Shown: in pieces, positions 61,259-64,000 of the stretch
Position numbering within the stretch: position 1 is the first letter of the stretch
Layout of the letters: the number at the start of each line of letters is the position of its first letter
DNA from: Nitrosopumilaceae archaeon
Lineage (GTDB): Archaea; Thermoproteota; Nitrososphaeria; Nitrososphaerales; Nitrosopumilaceae
Assembly (NCBI GenBank): GCA_965203465.1
Contig: CBDBCR010000001.1
Span: forward strand, 320,001-384,000
Length of the DNA: 64,000 nt
Reading direction: 5' to 3'
Notes under the pieces: model-generated
Told to the model about the DNA's origin: nothing
The model's input: the letters and a program-made list of their open reading frames with translations, nothing else
The model's database searches: none
Made by a program: the position numbers and the translations under genes

Positions 61259-61747
61259 GTGTACAGCCCAGGCGGGACGGTCGACACGCTCGGCCTCCTA
61301 TTCGACAAGCTCCAGTCGCTCTTCGACGAATCGCAGGGCTACTACGAATCCTTCCTAGACACAAACAACCTGTACAAGCAGGGCAAGCTGTCCGACAAGG
61401 AGTTTTTCCAAAAGCTGGGCGACTACGTGGTGGCATATTCCGCACTCGAGTTCCTCGCCGTAAAGGTGCTCTTTGAGGTCCGCAAGTCGCTCGGGCCCGT
61501 CCAGACGCAGTCGCCGGGCCTCATGCCGGGCGTGGGGCAGCCGGGTCCGGCCGCCGGCCCGCATCCGGGCTCCGCCTCCAACCCGGTCGGGGGCCCGCCC
61601 GGCATCGTCTCGGCGGCAGAGGGCTTCGGCAGGCCGGGGACCCTGCCCGCGCCGGACAGGTCCGCGGATCCGGGGTGCGGCTCGTGCGGGGCCGAGCTGC
61701 GGGCCGGCGCCAAATTCTGCACAAAGTGCGGCGCGCGCGCGGCCTAG
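61259..61747 (+). CDS. Zinc-ribbon domain protein
   Basis: Helical N-terminus, Pro/Gly linker, CGSCG..AKFCTKCG. Confidence 0.8.
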   Translation: MYSPGGTVDTLGLLFDKLQSLFDESQGYYESFLDTNNLYKQGKLSDKEFFQKLGDYVVAYSALEFLAVKVLFEVRKSLGPVQTQSPGLMPGVGQPGPAAGPHPGSASNPVGGPPGIVSAAEGFGRPGTLPAPDRSADPGCGSCGAELRAGAKFCTKCGARAA

Positions 61748-61783
61748 AAACCAATATACGTAAACCCGGCGCCGCCGCGGCCG

Positions 61784-62110
61784 TTGAAGGTCTTTGACGG
61801 CAAAAAGGCGGCGCAGGAATACATGTCGGCCCACACGCTGGCCTTTTCGACGCCCGAGATGACGCTGACCCGGTTTGCAATGTGGCTGGGCGACGCGGTG
61901 CCCGACCCGTCGGATCCTTCAAAGACGATGCCGCGCACCGACTCTTTTCTGACGGACGGGCGGCCCTCGCAGGTGGTCGACGACCGCTACCAGCCCAGCG
62001 GGGCCGTGCTCCACACCGGGCCGGCCGGGGGGCGCTTCTGCCCCGAGTGCGGCGCGGCAGTCTCCAAAGAGGCCAAGTTCTGCCCCGAGTGCGGCAGCGG
62101 CCAGGACTAG
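61784..62110 (+). CDS. Zinc-ribbon domain protein
   Basis: FCPECG..AKFCPECG at the C-terminus. Confidence 0.8.
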   Translation: MKVFDGKKAAQEYMSAHTLAFSTPEMTLTRFAMWLGDAVPDPSDPSKTMPRTDSFLTDGRPSQVVDDRYQPSGAVLHTGPAGGRFCPECGAAVSKEAKFCPECGSGQD

Positions 62111-62179
62111 GGCGCCGGATCCCCGCGCTCCGGCCGCCAATGATCTTGGTTTATTAAGCCGCCGCCGCCCGGCGCTCGC

Positions 62180-62632
62180 GTGGCGAAGGTCTACGACGTG
62201 CCGGCCCAAGAGCTGGTCGGCAGGCTGGCATCGGAGCTAAAGTCCGAGGACGTGCGGGTGCCGGCCTGGGCGGCCTTTGTCAAGACGGGGGCGCACGCCG
62301 ACAAGCCCCCGCAGGCCGAGGACTGGTGGCACATGCGCTGCGCCTCGCTGCTCCGCAAGCTGTACCTGCACGGGCCCGTCGGGGTCTCGTGGCTGCGCCG
62401 CGAGTACGGCGGGGGCAGGCCGCGCGGCTACGGCGCGCGCAACCACCGCGACGCGGGCGGCGCCATCATACGCGGCGCCATACGCGAGATGGAGAGGCTG
62501 GGGTACGTCTCGAGGGCCGAAAAGCGCGGGCGCACCCTCACCAAGGAGGGCGTCAAAAAGCTCGACAGGCTGTCAACGTCAATTCTGGGGGACATGGCCT
62601 CGAAAGAGCCGGCCCTAAAGGTGTACTCTTGA
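62180..62632 (+). CDS. rps19e: 30S ribosomal protein S19e
   Basis: VYDVPA, PAWAAFVKTG, DWW.RCASLLRKLY, YGG, GRTLT..G..LD. Confidence 0.96.
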   Translation: MAKVYDVPAQELVGRLASELKSEDVRVPAWAAFVKTGAHADKPPQAEDWWHMRCASLLRKLYLHGPVGVSWLRREYGGGRPRGYGARNHRDAGGAIIRGAIREMERLGYVSRAEKRGRTLTKEGVKKLDRLSTSILGDMASKEPALKVYS

Positions 62633-62898
62633 GCGCCGAGGGCCAGCCCGCCGACGGGCGGGCAGAGGACGCGGCCGCGCGCGAGGCGGCCATCCGCCGC
62701 ATACTGGAGCCCGAGGCGCGCGCGCGCCTCTCCAACATCAGGATGGTAAAGCCGGAGCTGGCGGCCGCTGTCGAAAACTACCTGATCGGCATGGGGGCCC
62801 AGGGCCGACTGGAGCTGCCCGTGACAGACGCGCAGCTAAAGCAGGTGCTGCTCTCCGCCCAGCAGCCCAAGCGCGACTTTAGGATGAGCCGAGTATAA
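62629..62898 (+). CDS. PDCD5/TFAR19-family DNA-binding protein
   Basis: ILEPEARARLSNIRMVKPELA..VE..LI..D..LK..L; conserved position after rps19e. Confidence 0.92.
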   Translation: MSAEGQPADGRAEDAAAREAAIRRILEPEARARLSNIRMVKPELAAAVENYLIGMGAQGRLELPVTDAQLKQVLLSAQQPKRDFRMSRV

Positions 62899-62929
62899 CT
62901 ATAATTATGGGCTCCCCGGGGGCCCGCCC

Positions 62930-64000
62930 GTGAAGGCCGTAGTCTACGACGAGTACGCCCCCGACGACGACTATGCGCGCATACTCAAGGTCAAAGATCT
63001 GGAGGAGCCCAAGCCAAAGGCCGACGAGGTCGTGTTCCGCGTGCGGGCCGCGGCCCTAAACTACAACGACATCTGGGGCATGCGCGGCCAGCCCGTGGCC
63101 GTCCCCCTCCCGCACGTCTCGGGCTCGGACGCGGCCGGCGACGTGGTGTCGGTGGGCGAGGACGTCAAGAACATCGAGGTGGGCGACAGGGTCGTCTCGC
63201 ACTCGAACATGGCGTGCCGGGTCTGCCAGGCCTGCACCGACGGGCGCGAGTTCGACTGCACAAAGAGGACCATCTGGGGGTTCCAGACGGGCCCCACGTG
63301 GGGCGCCTACCAGGAGGTCACCCACCTGCCCGAGGTCAACGTCTCAAAGCTGCCAGACGGCGTCTCTTACGAGGACGCGGCGGCGGCCTCCATGACGCTG
63401 CTCACGTCCTGGCACATGCTGGTGGGCCGCGCCAAGATAAAACCAGGCCAGACGGTCCTGATCATGGGCGGCGGCTCGGGCGTCGGCAGCTTTGGGATCC
63501 AGATAGCCAAACTGTACAACTGCGACGTGATAGCCACGGCCAGCCCGGACAAGCTCGACAAGTGCCTGGAGCTTGGCGCCGACCACGCCGTGGACCACCG
63601 CAAGGAGGACTGGCACAAGGAGGTGCGCTCCATCACCAAGGGCATAGCAAAGTCAAAGGGCGAGGCGCCCGGCATCGACATTTCGTTCGACCACATCGGG
63701 CAGACCCACTGGAACCAGCAGCTGACGCTGCTAAAGTACGGCGCCACGCTGGTCTCGTGCGGGGCCACCACCGGCTACGACGCAAAGACCGACCTGCGCC
63801 ACATCTTCTTCAAGGGGACCAACATACTCGGCTCCACCCAGGGAACCAAGGCGGAGCTCGACCAGGGGCTGTACTGGATGTCGCGCGGCAAGATAAAGTC
63901 GGCCATAGATTCGACGTACTCGTTCGAGCAGGCCGCCGAGGCGCACACAAAGATGCTCACCGGCAAGGGCCTGTTCGGCAAGATACTGCTAAAGCCGCAG
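62930..64000 (+). CDS. Zn-binding MDR-family dehydrogenase/reductase (stop lies beyond the window)
   Basis: MKAVVY, ALNYND, GSDAAG, CRVCQAC..C Zn site, GGGSGVG Rossmann motif; ends GKILLKP at the window edge. Confidence 0.92.
   Translation, partial: MKAVVYDEYAPDDDYARILKVKDLEEPKPKADEVVFRVRAAALNYNDIWGMRGQPVAVPLPHVSGSDAAGDVVSVGEDVKNIEVGDRVVSHSNMACRVCQACTDGREFDCTKRTIWGFQTGPTWGAYQEVTHLPEVNVSKLPDGVSYEDAAAASMTLLTSWHMLVGRAKIKPGQTVLIMGGGSGVGSFGIQIAKLYNCDVIATASPDKLDKCLELGADHAVDHRKEDWHKEVRSITKGIAKSKGEAPGIDISFDHIGQTHWNQQLTLLKYGATLVSCGATTGYDAKTDLRHIFFKGTNILGSTQGTKAELDQGLYWMSRGKIKSAIDSTYSFEQAAEAHTKMLTGKGLFGKILLKPQ

Noticed and set aside
1-64000. cas genes, rRNA or tRNA genes
   Set aside because: No Cas1/2/3/5/6/7 motifs or structural-RNA signatures were recognised by eye. 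A covariance-model scan was not possible, so small RNAs could have been missed.

Overview
High-GC archaeal DNA, most consistent with a Nitrosopumilaceae/Cenarchaeum-like thaumarchaeote. Evidence: rps19e plus a PDCD5-like gene, a CFI-box C-terminal surface protein, WIKxNAxxW repeat proteins, thiolase+DUF35 and TATA-type promoters. Housekeeping genes (rhomboid, tautomerase/nitrilase, thiolase, class II RNR, S19e, Zn-dependent dehydrogenase) are interleaved with many defence and accessory cassettes. These include three HNH nucleases, a truncated STAND-like NTPase, an IS630-disrupted REase-like gene, a membrane-anchored NucS-like nuclease, a Type III R-M operon, an MmeI-like pseudogene, a Type IIG methylase plus PLD-SNF2 helicase, two ADP-ribosyltransferase-like ORFs and an AAA ATPase. 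Highlights: (1) a compact bacterial-type Ubl / Ser-E2 / JAB-E1 protein-conjugation operon in an archaeon (58414-60451); (2) two orphan CRISPR-like arrays whose repeats keep the stem and 3' handle but vary the loop, with no cas gene in the window; (3) three G9-G11 tracts, each at a frameshift in a methylase or giant surface-protein gene (phase variation or homopolymer error); (4) several accessory cassettes bracketed by 250-350 bp diverged direct repeats; (5) an ART-like toxin family with a shared N-terminal module and a triplicated small neighbour. All family assignments come from reading motifs by eye; no database searches were run.
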